Assembly: GCA_009602725.1 (NCBI GenBank) | Contig: WELB01000014.1 | Coordinates: forward strand, 1,201,828 to 1,265,827 | Length of the DNA: 64,000 bases | Source: Spirogloea muscicola | Lineage: Eukaryota | Direction: 5' to 3' | In this document: one piece after another, positions 49,120 to 62,430 of the stretch | How the letters are laid out: each line of letters starts with the position of its first letter | Numbering within the stretch: position 1 is the first letter of the stretch | The notes under the pieces: model-generated | What the model saw: the letters and a program-made list of their open reading frames with translations, nothing else | The model's database searches: none | Told to the model about the DNA's origin: nothing | Translations under genes and position numbers: made by a program

Positions 49120-51974
49120 ATGGGTCGCCCGCTGCCGTTCCCCCGCCGCCGGGCGTCTCTGACGCGCTGGGCCCCCTCGGAGCCGCTGCCGCCGTACCCC
49201 CCATGGCCCGCTGCGGCGACGACTGCGGCGGCGCCGCCTGCGGCCGTGCCGATCACCGCCCCAGCGGCGGTGGCGTCGGCGACGACGGCTGGCCCGGCGC
49301 TCCCGGCGATCTCCGACACGGCCCACAGCGAAGAGGGCTCCACCAGCAGCAGCAGCAGCGGCGGGGGTGGTGGCAGCAGCAGCGGCCAGAGCTCGGGATC
49401 GCCCCTGCCACCTGCGTCCGGCGGGCATGCCAGGCCGTCGCAGCTGCCTTTTGACGTTCCCGTGGTGAGTCCTCAATTCCTCTGCTTGCTCTCCGGGGCG
49501 GCTCACGTTTTATGCACCAGCCGGGGCTGCCACTCGCCCCAACACTGCATCTGCAAATGCACGGGCAGCTCCTCTTCCTCTTACCCTCACCTCAATCAGG
49601 ACTGGATCAGTCAGGTCAGAATTTGAATTTGTAACAGCTGTGCTTCCGACGTGCCGCAGCTTCTGACGCCATGTTTGCTGTCCTTGGCGCTGCTGCTGCA
49701 GCCTGAGGCGTGCTCGGTGAAAAAGGAGCTGGCTTTGCTGCCCAGCAGTGCCGGATCACTGGATGCTGCTGAGGTGAAGGTGAAGATGGAGACTGAGGAG
49801 GAGATTGTGGACGGAGCAGCGGAGGAGGGGGGTGGCGACAGTGGCAAGGAGGAGGGCGGTGGTGCCGGTAGCGGGGGCGGCGGTGACGAGGACGAGCCAC
49901 GGTTCAAGGGTGCTCGCCCGCGCAAGTGGGGAAAGTGGGTTGCTGAGATCCGTGAACCGCGCAAGCGCTCCCGCATCTGGCTCGGCTCCTTCGACACTGC
50001 CGAGGAGGTGCGTTGCTGGCATGCTTGTTGTCAATGTCAAGTTCGGCAGTGTTGCTCGGCATGGTTCTCTACATGCGCTATGTAAGCATGCACCTAACAG
50101 CATCAATCATTGCGAGTGTGCAGGCAGCGGTGGCCTATGACATGGCGGCGCGCATGCTACGTGGGCGGCAGGCGACGGGGTCCTTTCTCAACTTCCCCTC
50201 AGGCTGCCGTGAGGTCGCGCTGTCTGCAGCAACCATGCAGGCGCTGCTGAGTGCGCAGAAGGATGCAATCCAGCGCCTTGGCCTTGTCGGCATGGCTGCC
50301 ACCAGTAGCGGCGCTGCCACTGGGGCCACCGCTGGAGCCACCAGTGGGGACGTCACAGAGGTGGCTATAAGTGCAGTGGCAACCTCCGAAGCTGCTGTGC
50401 CAACCTTGAGTCTGGTCTCTGGAAGTGGCATCGGAGGTGGGGCCAGCGAGCTGGCGATGGCTGCGGCGCATATGCGGGCCACTCGCCGCTTTCGGCCGGC
50501 AGCCGGCAGCACTGCTGCAGTCCGGCAGGCCAGCACTGCCACCTTACCTCGACAGGACTCCTCTGGCAGACTCGCTCTCAGCATGGCAGCACAGCATGCT
50601 ACACCGGAAGCAAGTGGCACCTTTGATGCACCTGCCGCAGACTTTGTCCCGCCAGGAGGGGGCTGGGCACTGCTCCCGGCAGCCATGCAAGGTGTGCCCC
50701 TCAGCTGGAGTTCCAGCAACCTCAAGGAGCAGGATCAGCCTGCGTCCGATGAGATCGCCGCTACAGCTGCTGCAGAGGATGCTGCAGGCGACGAGGCAAG
50801 CAGGCCGACGCCAGCTGCGGCATCAGCGCCGCTGGCAGCAGCTACTGAGGACTCCATGGCATCTGCCTCTACAACAGTTGACCTCATGGAGCTTCGTTTT
50901 CCGGGCCCGCCACTGGATGGCGGCCTCATGGAGCGTGCATTGCAGCGTCAGCGGTGGCTCTGTGGTGGACCAGCTGTGGAGCAGCCAGTTGCAACTTCGC
51001 CGCCGCTACTGCAGCAGGTGGCCGCTCCAGCCTTCGAACGGTTGCACAACATTGAAGAGCTGCCACTGGAGAGGGCAAAAACACCAACACCAAGTGCGGC
51101 GTTGTGCGAATGGAGCGCGGCTGGGCAGATGCTGGCGCTTGCACCGATGAACATGCCGGATGGGGAGTGGCAGGACCAGCGCAGTGGCACCAGTGTTGCC
51201 TGGAATACACCGCCGCCAGTAGTGGGGAACCACAGTCAGCTCCATCCATTGCCGGACACCCTGACCCCACCTCCGCCGCCCCAGTACTTCACCCAGTCGT
51301 GGTCGGCGGATGCGCCCCTGGCCAGCCAACCTGCGTTGGCAGCAGGATTGCTCACCCACGACAGTCACCGGCGGCTGCAGTCACTTGCGGCCTCCCCACT
51401 GGAGAAGCCCTCTGTGGAAGCTATTGCCGCGGAGGTGGCCACCCTTGACAGGCGGCTACCCCCAATGAGTTCCATGGGTGTGACCCACGGCGGCACTGTC
51501 CAATATCTGACACCATCGGCGAGCCAGCTGTCCGACACGTCTCCGTCATGCATCACCTCGGCGCCTTTCCGCCCTCCAGAGTTGCAGCAGTTGCCATACC
51601 TGCAGGTGTCTGCGCTGCAGCTGCCCTGCCTTGCATACCCTTGGGAATGTTACTTGAGCGACATTGAATCGGGCTGCAGTGTAGGTGTGGGCGCCGGTGC
51701 CAATGTTGGGGCTACTGCCGTCACCTGCAGCTCCTTATACAGCGCCGCAGGGACGCCAACAAGCGGTTGCAGCTCCGCAGTGGACCAGGCCGACTTGTTC
51801 GAGAGCCTTGTACTAGCACGAGAGTGTGCCGTGCCTCCGCGGCGCGCTGACGGAGGCGATCAGTATGGAGGTGGAGATGGACAGCCCGAGCACACGGTGT
51901 CAGCGGTTGCCAAGGATCAGCTCGCAGTATGGGAGTTGCTGGCAGCATCAGGTGGCCAACTCGTGGGCTTCTAG
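49120..51974 (+). CDS. AP2/ERF transcription factor, DREB-type (paralogue 1)
   Basis: [49 protein letters not shown]...LNFP, with an intron at 50008-50123. V14/E19 DREB signature. First exon from ATG 49120 is tentative. Confidence 0.9.
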
Positions 51975-54019
51975 CTACTGGTGGCGCTCACATATACAAC
52001 TTTGTGTACAGGAGTTTGACTGCTCTGCCCAGTGCTTGGGTTCCAATTGAGCTGCAGTGTGTCGCCGCCTATATATGATGCGGCGGGGCGTGGTGTGGTG
52101 TAGTGCGTGTGTCGTGTGCTGTTGGCACACAGTGGTGTCTAGGTTGTTGCAGCTAGTTGTCACCGCAACGGCTGTACATCAGCAGTCGGATTCGTTGTCT
52201 CGCACATAAATAGCATCTGCTACAGTGCATAGACTGCTGTGCCGCAGACTCATTGCATTCGTTCATGGACTTGCTCAGCTGAAGCTGGACATTCCTTCAG
52301 AGACCGAACCACTCAATAATGACTTAGGCATGGCATTCTAATCTTGATACTGGAGTCTCTGCATGCCCTGGACTAGTGCTGCCGCATCATTCTTGGGTCT
52401 GCTAGGGCCTTGGTGCTGTGAACCTGAAGCCTACATCACGTGGCTGGGACAATGTCAAGCCAACCATCGTCTTGTGTCGCTGTGCTGCAACGAAAGTGTC
52501 CGGATGTCCTGGGATTGGGGAGCATCCCGGTTGGCCAGCGTGCAGGTCGCCAAAGCGGTGATGCCATCAACAGTCCAAACTGGTGGCCAAAACCGCGACT
52601 GGGCTGCCTACCCGATGCACCGCCGAGCTGCGTCTCGGGTATGACTGCCCTCTTTATGCACCTGGCTGGCTTTTCACAGCAGCTCGTGCGATTCCAGCAG
52701 CCGCGTTTTCTAGGTGTGGTCAAAATGGAGCAAAGGCCACGCATGCCAAAACCACCCGGGCGCAGTGGGGGAGGCGCCGGTGGGAGAAGGAAAGAAACAG
52801 CTCTTCCAATTTAAGGCAGTGACTGTAAAAGGCCAGCCCGAAGGATTGTACATATGAAGGACGCGGCTGCTCAGATCAGCGTTTGTCAAAGCCAGCCAGG
52901 TGCATGCAGAGGGCCGGAGGGCGGGCGGGGGGGGGGGGGAAAAAAAAAAAAAAAAAAAAAAAAANGCTGGTCGCGCCCTTGCAGCAGCCTCTGGCTTGCG
53001 CAGCGGGGTTCTTCTTCCTCCCCTCAGCTCATCTGACTTCCTACTGCTGACACGGGGGTATTGAGGGCGCCCTGTCTGCCTAGCCTTTGGCTCCGTCATG
53101 AACACCTGTATGCATCTGGCTGGCATTTCACAGCCGATTCTTTCATATCAGCAGCCGCTTTCTTCGCCACGGAAACGTGCGGGCGGGCGGGCGGGCGGGG
53201 CCCGCCTTGGCGCATGCGCTGAGAGATGGTGAGGGCCACAGGAGGAGAGGCGGTGGTGTGGGGCCATGGCGGGCCAGCCCAAGGGGCGAGCGCGACAAGG
53301 GCAAGTGGGGAAGCCCCCGCCGCTCCGCCGCCGCTGCTGCTCCTGCCCAGCAGTTGCACAACCTCGGGCCCACGCCCATTGGCCCCCGCCGTCGGCAAAG
53401 CGGGCTGGGGGCCCGCCGGCCTAGTGTGGGCCCGGGGCGGGCCCGGACATGGTGGGACCAATGGCGGCGAGCCGGGGGCCCCACTAAGCGGTCGTTGAGG
53501 GGGGGGGGGGGGGGGGACGACGGGAGGGGGCCTAGGCCGCCCGTACACGAGCCCCCCCCCACCACGTGTCGGACGCCGGCGGGGGCCGCGTCACAGGTGC
53601 GCTGCCCAGGCCCGCCGCGTGGCAACGTTACGCCCCGCCCGAGTCGCCGCATGATTGACCGCGCCCGGCGCCCGACGATTTCGGGCGGCAGTCGTCGGGC
53701 GGTCTCGCCGCCGCGGGCGGGGGGCCCGGCCCGCGCGTGCGCCCGCGCGGGGACAAGGCGCGCAGATCCCCCGGGTGGCAAGTGGCGCGCTCTCCGTGTC
53801 AAGCGGCGCTGTGCCCGACCAATGGGCGCGCTCCGGCGCCGCCCGGCGGTGGGGCCCCACGGCACGAGGGATCCCTAGGCCGGCATGCGCAAAGCTAGGA
53901 GCTACGCCCCCCCCCCTGTCCGCCCCTCCTGCCGCCGCGTTCGGCCTCTCCTGGCCCCTCGCGCCCGCTCGCCCGCCGCCTCTGTTGGGCCCTCTCGGAA
54001 GTAACTTGGCAGCCCGGAA

Positions 54020-54760
54020 TGAGAAAAGGCTCGTACTTTGTTTCTTGTACTCTGTTCACTCTTTTTTGGGCTGGCTTTTCCAGCCCCTATCCTCAATGGG
54101 CGAGCACTTTCTTCTGAAGGCGCGCGGTGCGCATGAAATTAAAGCGAGGCCCATTTCAAGCCAATATATTGTTCAGAAAGGCAACCAGCTCTTCCAACGT
54201 CAGGCCAATGATGGCTGTGAGAGGCCAGCCCAAGCGGAAGTGAGCGCTTCCAAACCCAGGTTTAGGATTTGGGTCTGGGTCTTGTGTGCTTGTCATTTCT
54301 GCTGCTTCGCCTTAGGGCTTCGCCTGGCTTCCCCCCCCCTCTTCTTGTACTCTGTTCATTCTTTTTTGGGCTGGCTGTTCCAGCCCATATTCTCAATGGG
54401 CGAGCCCTTCTTCTCCCCGAAAGGCGCCAAAGCCAGCCCCTTCACCAAACAACCGGTCGTCCAATGCAGGGCAGTGGCTGTGAATGGCCAGCCCAAACAG
54501 AATGGACAAAAAGGAATGTCCAATGCCCTTCCTCCCCTCCCCGGGGCATCGAGATAAGCGACCTCCGTGTGCCGACCCCGTGGTTACACCGAGCGGGTCA
54601 AACATCGAGGTGTGCTCGCCGTCGTACTGGCCACTCTGGTCTCCCATTATTCGACACCCGCAAAGCTTTTCCCCCCCGGCCCTTCTCTGTTCATCCCTTT
54701 TCGGGCTGGTTGTTCCAGCCCCTATTCTCAATGGGCGAGCACTTTCTTCTTTTCCCCCGG
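54020..54760. mobile_element. Nest of RLE 3' tails plus repeat C just upstream of AP2/ERF paralogue 2
   Basis: Family B tails at ~54035-54115, ~54310-54415 and ~54685-54752 (+). Inverted hairpins at 54211 and 54475. Family A-like ISDL...GGTTAC..GAGCGGGTCA at 54545-54600. Confidence 0.75.
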
Positions 54761-54826
54761 CCCCGCTGCTCCCCCAGCTGCTCAGCTGCGGCCCTTGCAG
54801 GCTGCGCTGCCTTCGCCAGCCGCCTG

Positions 54827-57350
54827 ATGAGCCCACTGGCCGCTCGGGCCGGCAGCTCCATGGCGCCCATAGCGGCCGGTGCGAGCCGGAGCAAGCCCGC
54901 GGCAGGCCCGAGCAAGCCGCGGCCCTTCCCCCGGAACCGAAGCTCGGCCCGCCTGCCGCCGCTCCAGCTCCCCACTGATGTCGACGAGAACGACGCCCAC
55001 GTCGTGCGCTCGCCGGAGCTCTGTGGCGGCGATCCTGGGCCCAATAGCCCACAACAGCAGCCTCTTGCCTCCAGCTGCAGAAGCAGCGTCAGCCCACGCG
55101 ATGCCCATTACGGCAACTTTGCAGTGCGCTGGCCTGCCTCGTCCGCCACAACGACCGTGACGGCTGCCTCTGGGCGCGGCTCCTCCGGCGGCTCGAGCTC
55201 TGTGGAGGACGAGGTGGGCAACACGCGCTGCCGCAAGAGGAGTCCGTTGTCGGAGGAGGAATGCAGCGGAGCCGGCCCCACTTCACCTTCCAAGCGTGCC
55301 GCCGTCAACCAGAGGCCTCTTGCCCATCTGCGAGTCGCGACCCTCCAGGAACTCCAAGTCGACATGGCCGCACGCAGGATGAACTACCACTTGCTTAATG
55401 ACGAGCCGAGACTTGCGGGCGCTGCTGCCACGAAGCCGGTCCCACTGGCTGCAAACATCGACGCATGTCCTGCTCAAGTATACCGGCTGGCCGAGGTGAT
55501 GTGCCCCTCAGATCACCACTGCGTGCTACCCTGTTCACACTAAACATCCTCGTTTCTAGACAATTTCAAGGCACTCGAGGCACAAGAGGCCTGCATTCAT
55601 GCCACAAGACCACCCTGCCTGATTTTGCACGATACCTAGCATATTCCGTGCGTGCTCTTCCTCGGGGGGTTGGTCAGCATGGTGATCCACATTGATAGCA
55701 AGAACAGTCTGAACTGTCATCCTTCGATGCTTTGGACATGCTGATCCTTAGGTAACAAATGTATCCTTGGCTCATCATAATATGCACTGGTCAGAGTGTG
55801 AGTCAAAGACTTCAAATGGTTGGACGTATGCTGACCATGTGTTTCATGTCATAACAAATGTAGCAGGTATTGAAGGTGGAAGCCGATCAGGAGAGTGCGG
55901 AGACTGTGCCTCTGGACTTGGAGGACAAATCAGAAGGCAGCTTGAGATCGACTGGCGACCAAGCAAGTCCATCGATCATTGCAGCGGAGGAAAGACACTT
56001 CAAAGGCGCCAGACCAAGGAAATGGGGCAAGTGGGTTGCAGAGATTAGAGAGCCGCGGAAGCGCTCCCGCATTTGGTTGGGGTCATTTGACACAGCCAAA
56101 GAGGTGAGGCTGCTGCCGCGTCCCGGTGCCTCTACTTGCATGCGCCATGCTGCCTGCAGCATCGTTGCAAATTTAGTGGATCATCATATAGAGAGCTCCT
56201 AGCACACTGATGTGATTCACCCAGTAGGCAGCACAAGTAGTCTGCAGAACCTACAGAGTGTACTAGCTTGCTTCATAATATGACTGCTTTTCATTGCCGA
56301 AGAGCATGCACTGTGCTAGTGGTATGACAGGGTGCTTTCACCCCCGCTTGATCACACGCGGCAGTACCACAAAACCGACACAGTCAATGTACACAGTCGC
56401 AAACTCATGCTGAACCACTTGCTGTTCAGGCTGCAGAGGCATACGATCTGGCGGCTCGGATTATGCGAGGCAGCCAAGCTGCCGGGGACTACCTCAACTT
56501 TCCCAACAGCTGCCCCGACGTGACTCTGGCACCATCCGTGCTGCAGGCGCTGCTCAAGGCTCGAGTTGACTCTGCGCTGCCGTTGCACAGCCACACCAGC
56601 GGCCACGAGGCAGCAAAGCCAGGGCCCCTTTCGACAGCCCTTGCTGGCAGTAGCTACTTCAGCACCGTGGAGCAGCTGGCCAGCATGGGCTTCCCCTGCA
56701 GCATAGGGGGGGCACCGAGCCCCTCGTTCTCGCCAGATTTCACAAGCTTCCCGTGCTACTCGCAGGGTCAACAGCAGGTTGTAGATGATGCCACATCACT
56801 ACTGGCAGCCACTGCCAGCAGTGGCGACGCTGCTGCCTTCAGCAGCCTGCTGCTGTCCACCACGGCGGCTTTGCAGAGATTGCCAGACGAAGGCCTCCTC
56901 AGCAGGGCACGTGAGAGTGGCCGGTGGCAGAAGGTTGTGCAGTCTCCGCAGCTCGAGAGCACCGGGCAGCCCCTGTTCAATGTGCCACCCGGCTTCCGCC
57001 TCCTCGCCAAGCACGGCTGCTTAGCACCTGCGGCGCTGCAAGGAGCGCCGCTGCAGAGCAGCAATGGCTGGCTGGTCACCACGACGGCGGCGCAGGAGAA
57101 GCAGGACGACCCCACTGCGCTGCTCTGCTCATCATCCATGTCGCACTACAGCCAGCAAGACAGCTGCCCTCTGAGCAGCCCGTCAATCTGCTCCTCAGAT
57201 CCGTCCATCATCTCATCCATTGCGTATGCAGGCCTTCCCATCACTGAGGCAGCCGCCCAGGCACAGCTTTTCTGGCCATTTGCGTACCACGAGCTGGCTG
57301 ATCTTGAGAGCCAGGACCCCGAGACTTCCGTCTTTACATGCTCAGCCTAG
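54827..57350 (+). CDS. AP2/ERF transcription factor, DREB-type (paralogue 2)
   Basis: [50 protein letters not shown]...LNFP, with an intron at 56104-56429 at the same position as paralogue 1. First exon is tentative. Confidence 0.88.
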
Positions 57351-57904
57351 TGGTCAGTGACAGTCTTTGCTCCACATGCCAGTTTTCCACAGCACCAGTT
57401 TGTACTGGGTTGTGTGTAGAGTTTGTGCACTCTTAAAGTACTGCACTTCATCTTCTTTTTCCATCTTGCAGGGGTAGGTTAGACCCTGCCCGATGTTGTA
57501 GAGACTTAGCATACCGCGACTCATGTTGCACTCTAGGACGCCATAGCCAGCCCATTCTTCTTCCTCACTAGCGGCTTGCGTGATTTCCATTTTATCGATT
57601 GACATGCACACTTACTTCAAAAGCTTGCTGTGTTGTGCGACATGCTGCTTTTATAATTGATTGACAGTGTTTGTGTTGACATGCCAAACTTACATTGAGG
57701 TTGAAAGCTAAGCTAATATGAGGATCGTGTACGCCCGATGTCCATTGATTCCTCTCTTCTGTACTAGGTCCACATAATAGCCCTGACTAGACTCTCTGCT
57801 CACTTGCGACTCTCTGCTCACTTGCGACCTACCTTAGCCTTCAACATACAAGGTGAAGAGATAATACAATGAATAATATGATACAGGCATCTTCTGGCGG
57901 CTGC

Positions 57905-60900
57905 TCATGCTGTCCATCTAAGCGCATCAAGCAGACCCTCCCGGAAATTGTAGCACCCATGGTCCGACAACATTGTGTTCGAAAGCACAATCCGCTTGAA
58001 GCGGCAATTAGGATCCGTTCCTCGTATGACAACATGCCGGACCGGTACAGCTTTCCGCTTGGCGCCCTTTGTGTGGACCTCCTCAGTCACCTCCTTGCCG
58101 GTGCCATCTGTTTCCATGGTCACTACGCCAGCCCCTGCCAGTCTTGGCTCCTCCTCAACCTTCTTCCTCGTGAGGGATGCCCACCATGATGAACTCTCGC
58201 CCTTGTCAGGCAGGTTAGCCCTCGTGCCAGGCTCGGCAAAAGTGGCAGCATCCACGCTTCCCCCCTCTGGATATGCTCCATTGACAACGGTTTCTGCCAG
58301 CAGACCCTCCTCAGCCGGCTTACAACTACTGCCAGGCTTCATGGTAGCGTCTGCTGCTTCACCGTCTTTTTGAGAGCTGCTACCCTTGCTGCTGCTCCCA
58401 CCCCAGGCCCACCAACTCCGCGAGCTCTTGTGCTGCAGCGCTGCTTCACGCTCATCCTCCTGCTCAGCTTGCAGCCACAAAACAACCTCTGGCACCCGCA
58501 GGCTCCCCGCCCCTCCATCGTGACCCTGTTCAGCTTCACTTAAGCCTGCCTCGCCCGTGAGGTCCTCTATAGTGAGTGGAGGCACCTCCCCTGCTTGCAA
58601 GGTCTGCCGGACCACGTGATACAGTATCCCTGGCACGACGAGCGGGGGTGCGTTGATGGGACTTGGAAGCTGTCCGTCGGCAGCCGCAAGGTGAGCACTG
58701 GTGGCCTGCTTGGTATCGCTTGCAACAGAAGCTGCTGCACAGTAGATCATGCCAAATCATGCCTCACCAAAGATAAGTACTTGGCCATGAGCTGAGGAGA
58801 TGCCTACAGCACTTTCAGCTAGGAGAAGGATGGACAAATGCATGTAACAAGGAAAAGACAGCTGATTGCCAGTGCAGACTTCTAATGCTACAGTTGTCTC
58901 CCACATCACAATCAGCATCCCAGAACTGGTGAAGCAATAAGAACAGGTGATCCACTTACAGGCGCCGCTCAAGAATGCGCTGACTACCACTGCCCCAGTT
59001 GAGAACCATTGCATAGCAGCCTTTGCCTTCTCCCCATGGTCACCAGCCTTGACTCCCGTGATGCGAGCAGACAATTCATGCTGCAACTGACCCGCCAAAG
59101 TCCCACCATGCTGCACCATCTTCTTATACAGGTGGCCCTTCTCGTAGCCCAACGCATGCTCCACGCTGTTCAAGTGGCGATGTGTAGCATGAGCCATCTC
59201 AAACATTTGGCGCCGCTTGCTGCCATCCTTCAGCACCTGGCTCCTGTCCCATTATCAAGGCACCATCTGTCACTCCAACTTGGACAACAAGGAAGGAGCC
59301 TATCGATGCCTGTGAAGTATCTGGGCCTGGTGATGTATGAGATGAAGATCTGATCGTACATAAGATGCGCTTGCCTTATGGTGTTGACATCCTAATCGCG
59401 GAAGCTAAAGAGCCTGACAGGTACTGCAATCTTGCAAGACATAACCCAAGACGAGTGCCATGACATTGGCCAATCACAACTTCATGAGCTCATGCTGCTA
59501 ATTTATCTTTTGAGACTACAATACTGACCCTCAGTGACTTCAGCAACCACATGGGCAGCTAAGACAAGCCAGGCAAGAACGGTACTTGATTGTTAAGAAT
59601 GTCTACCAATCTGTTGTGATGATCTCTGAGCGGAGATCCTCCAAGGCTGATGCACTTGCTCGCGCGACAACATCATTCTGAGCATGATTCCCAAGATTTG
59701 CAAGATTGTTAGATGTCCAGGTAGAGTAGACAAAAGTGTGACATTTTCATGAACTTACATGTGGAGAGTGGCCTCCATCAGCTGGCAGGCACGCACGCCA
59801 GGTATACTTCAACTTGGAGGCAACAAGCAGAAAGCAGAGGTGTTCATGCACAAACCGCGAGCACAACCGTCCTCACAAAGGAGGACGCTGACGCCAGAGG
59901 TTGATCCACACAGGGAGGGCAAGCAAATGCCCAGCACAAAATGCTGGTGAGCGGGACTCCCAGGTGCTGAGAGATTGGAGATCTGATGGAGCCCTCTTTT
60001 GATGACTGTTGTGATCTTAGCATCATGGTCAAGAGGGTAGCAGTGCCAGCACCCAGAGAATGCCCCGTGATGACCAAGCCATACCCCTGCCCAAGGAGCA
60101 TGGGAGATGAGGGTGTGTAAGCAGTTATGCCGTGCAAACGAATGTAGACATGTAGGATAGCACCTCCTTGACCATCCAATGCAGCGCGTACAATTTGCAA
60201 GACAACGGTGAGGCTTGCAGTAGCTGCAAAGCCTCTTGCTCAGTACAGGCAGTGCACGCAAGGCTCAACTGAGTAACCTTGTTTTCAGCTAGCAACTGCC
60301 GAACTCCTGGTATTTCCTCACGAAGGAGCCACTTAGCAGCCCCAAGCATGCCAGAGTGTGCGTACCTACAATACCACACACGATCGTGAGGCTTGCAGGA
60401 GTCTCTGCTGAAGGTTCCCTTTTGGAAAATGCAAACCCTGATAGTCACAACCTATAATGCATGCCATTTTGAGTAAATTGCGAAGTAGTAAACTGCTACT
60501 GAAGAGCCTCACGACTGATTGCTCACCCGCCTTGAAAGTGCTCGCAATGTGATGTCAGGTCCGTAAGAACATCGGTGGCCGCATAAGTACCCCTAATTCC
60601 AAGTACCACAAGGGCTCTCTCATGATCCAAGGCAACAAAGAAGGCTGGCCTTTGTATTTGCGCCTTGATTGCATGCTTCAAGATGTGCTCCTTATCAACC
60701 TAGGCACCAACAAGACATTGGTTTCAATAATTTTCGGTCAGTATCCATGTGGAGGCCAGTTCATGCTTCACTTTGGCATATTCCATCATTGGCTCGATCT
60801 TCCTATGCTGTCTTGAATTGAAGTACCAGGGCCACAATGAGGAAGTTTCTACCTAGCCTCTCTCATAATGAGCACCTTGATTGCCAGATGCGCATCAGTA

Positions 60901-61790
60901 AGGATGACGCAGGTAATGCCGTGTTCGGCCTTTGAAGAACTTGCTAGCTAAAGTCAAACCAGAACACAGTGCAACTGCCACCTACATGCAGCAGCCGGGC
61001 AAGCGCAGCATTGTCAGACTTAAAAGCAGCCATAACCCAGCGGAGCCAGTGCAGAAGTTCCTCCAGCTCCCGTCTGCAACAGTCAATTGACCAAGGCTGC
61101 TGATCTTCATAAAGCACATCAGAAGGGCCAATAGCCATCACTGCTCTACAAAGAGTAAAAGCGGGGGTAGCCACGTGGCAGAATTACCGATGAGCAGCAC
61201 TGCTGCTTGGATGGAATGAGTGAACACGTATTTGAAGTGAAGTACAAGAACGAGTCTGACCATGTTACAAAAGTAGCCTGACACTGACTCGTCGTAAGTA
61301 ACTCACACTCATAAGTACACTGCGCATAATCTGCCTTCGTGAGAAGGTACAAGCAAGGACCTGGCAGTAAATCGTTCCCCAGGAATCGTGTCCGTCACTC
61401 CCTCCTAATAGTGCCTGTGTGCCAGCTTGTAGAGGCCCAGAGTGATTTCAGACACGCTCCAGCTGCTCATGCCAGCAGCGCTCTGGCGGAGGCTTGCTGC
61501 AATGGCCGCCAAAGTTGGCTGGTCCTCCTGAGGAACTTCGTCGTTGTTATTACGTGCTGCCAAGCAATGCGCGGAAACGGAAGCACGTTGTGAGGCGTTC
61601 TAGGTGCTCGTGGAGACAGTCAGATATACAAGCTTAACATTGGCTAGCGAGGCAGTTCAGATGAGCAGCTAGCCACTGGCTAATTAGTATCTTGTAGTCA
61701 TGAGAAGCTGCTACTATTCTTCGGAAGAGGCACGATTGAGCGACTGTGAGAGCGAGCTCTACTTAGAACTTGATGCTGCTCGAGTGCCAT
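57905..61790 (-). CDS. Class 3 lipase (diacylglycerol lipase-like alpha/beta hydrolase), multi-exon
   Basis: LVITGHSLGAGTA (GxSxG), YAHSGMLGAAKWL, KPAFFVALDH...VLGIRGT...DVLTDL, AFACPPCVD, DVVARAS, final exon PGILYH...FKRIVLSNTMLSDHGCYNFREGL. Start uncertain (61790 or up to 62129). Confidence 0.88.
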
Positions 61791-62089
61791 CGTCGGTCGC
61801 TGATTACTGACGAGCCAGTCTGGGCAGGAGTTTGGCAGTGATGCACGGGGGAACGTTCAAGATAATGAAAATTGTGCTGACGCAGGTTCCCGACTGGAGG
61901 CACGGCAAAGCGGACGACCGTAAGGGCTGACTGTCACCATCGTGGAACGACGGCGTGCAATAGGCGGAGGCGTGACCCATGAGGTGATGCCAGTCCGGCG
62001 GTTCCGACGGCAACGCCCCCGGAGGCTGTTGAGTCGGCCACCCGCCCATCCCCGCCCGCGCCACGTCTCGGCCAGACCGTCGCGGCCGC

Positions 62090-62120
<31 letters not shown>

Positions 62121-62430
62121 GCGAGCCATGGCCCAGGTGGAGGGCCGGAACTGCAGTCAGTACTACCGGCTTAAATTCGAAACTCCGCACTGGGCGCCAG
62201 GCAGGGATGGCTTGCGGACTGGGGGCCTCCCAGAGAGAGGCCAAGAAGAAAAAAGAAGAAGAAGTGCTCGCCCATAGAGAAGAGGCCGGCCCTTCAGATT
62301 GGGGAGAGTTATTTACGTCCACTTCAACAGCGTCGCCGCCTCAAAGAAGAAAAACGGCCAACCGATCTTGCTCAGCGCTCCCTGCTAGTTTTGCAACGGC
62401 CCCCCGGCCCCCCCCCCCCNNNNNNNNNNN

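Noticed and set aside
47686..49506. 606 aa minus-strand ORF and similar Arg/Gly/Pro-rich ORFs at 17.2-18.7, 34.9-35.8 and 53.1-54.5 kb
   Set aside because: Stop-poor GC islands open in several frames, with no domain motifs.
54269..55543. 424 aa ORF as a single CDS
   Set aside because: Its first ~185 codons read through stacked retro tails. Only the part from ~54827 is a plausible exon.
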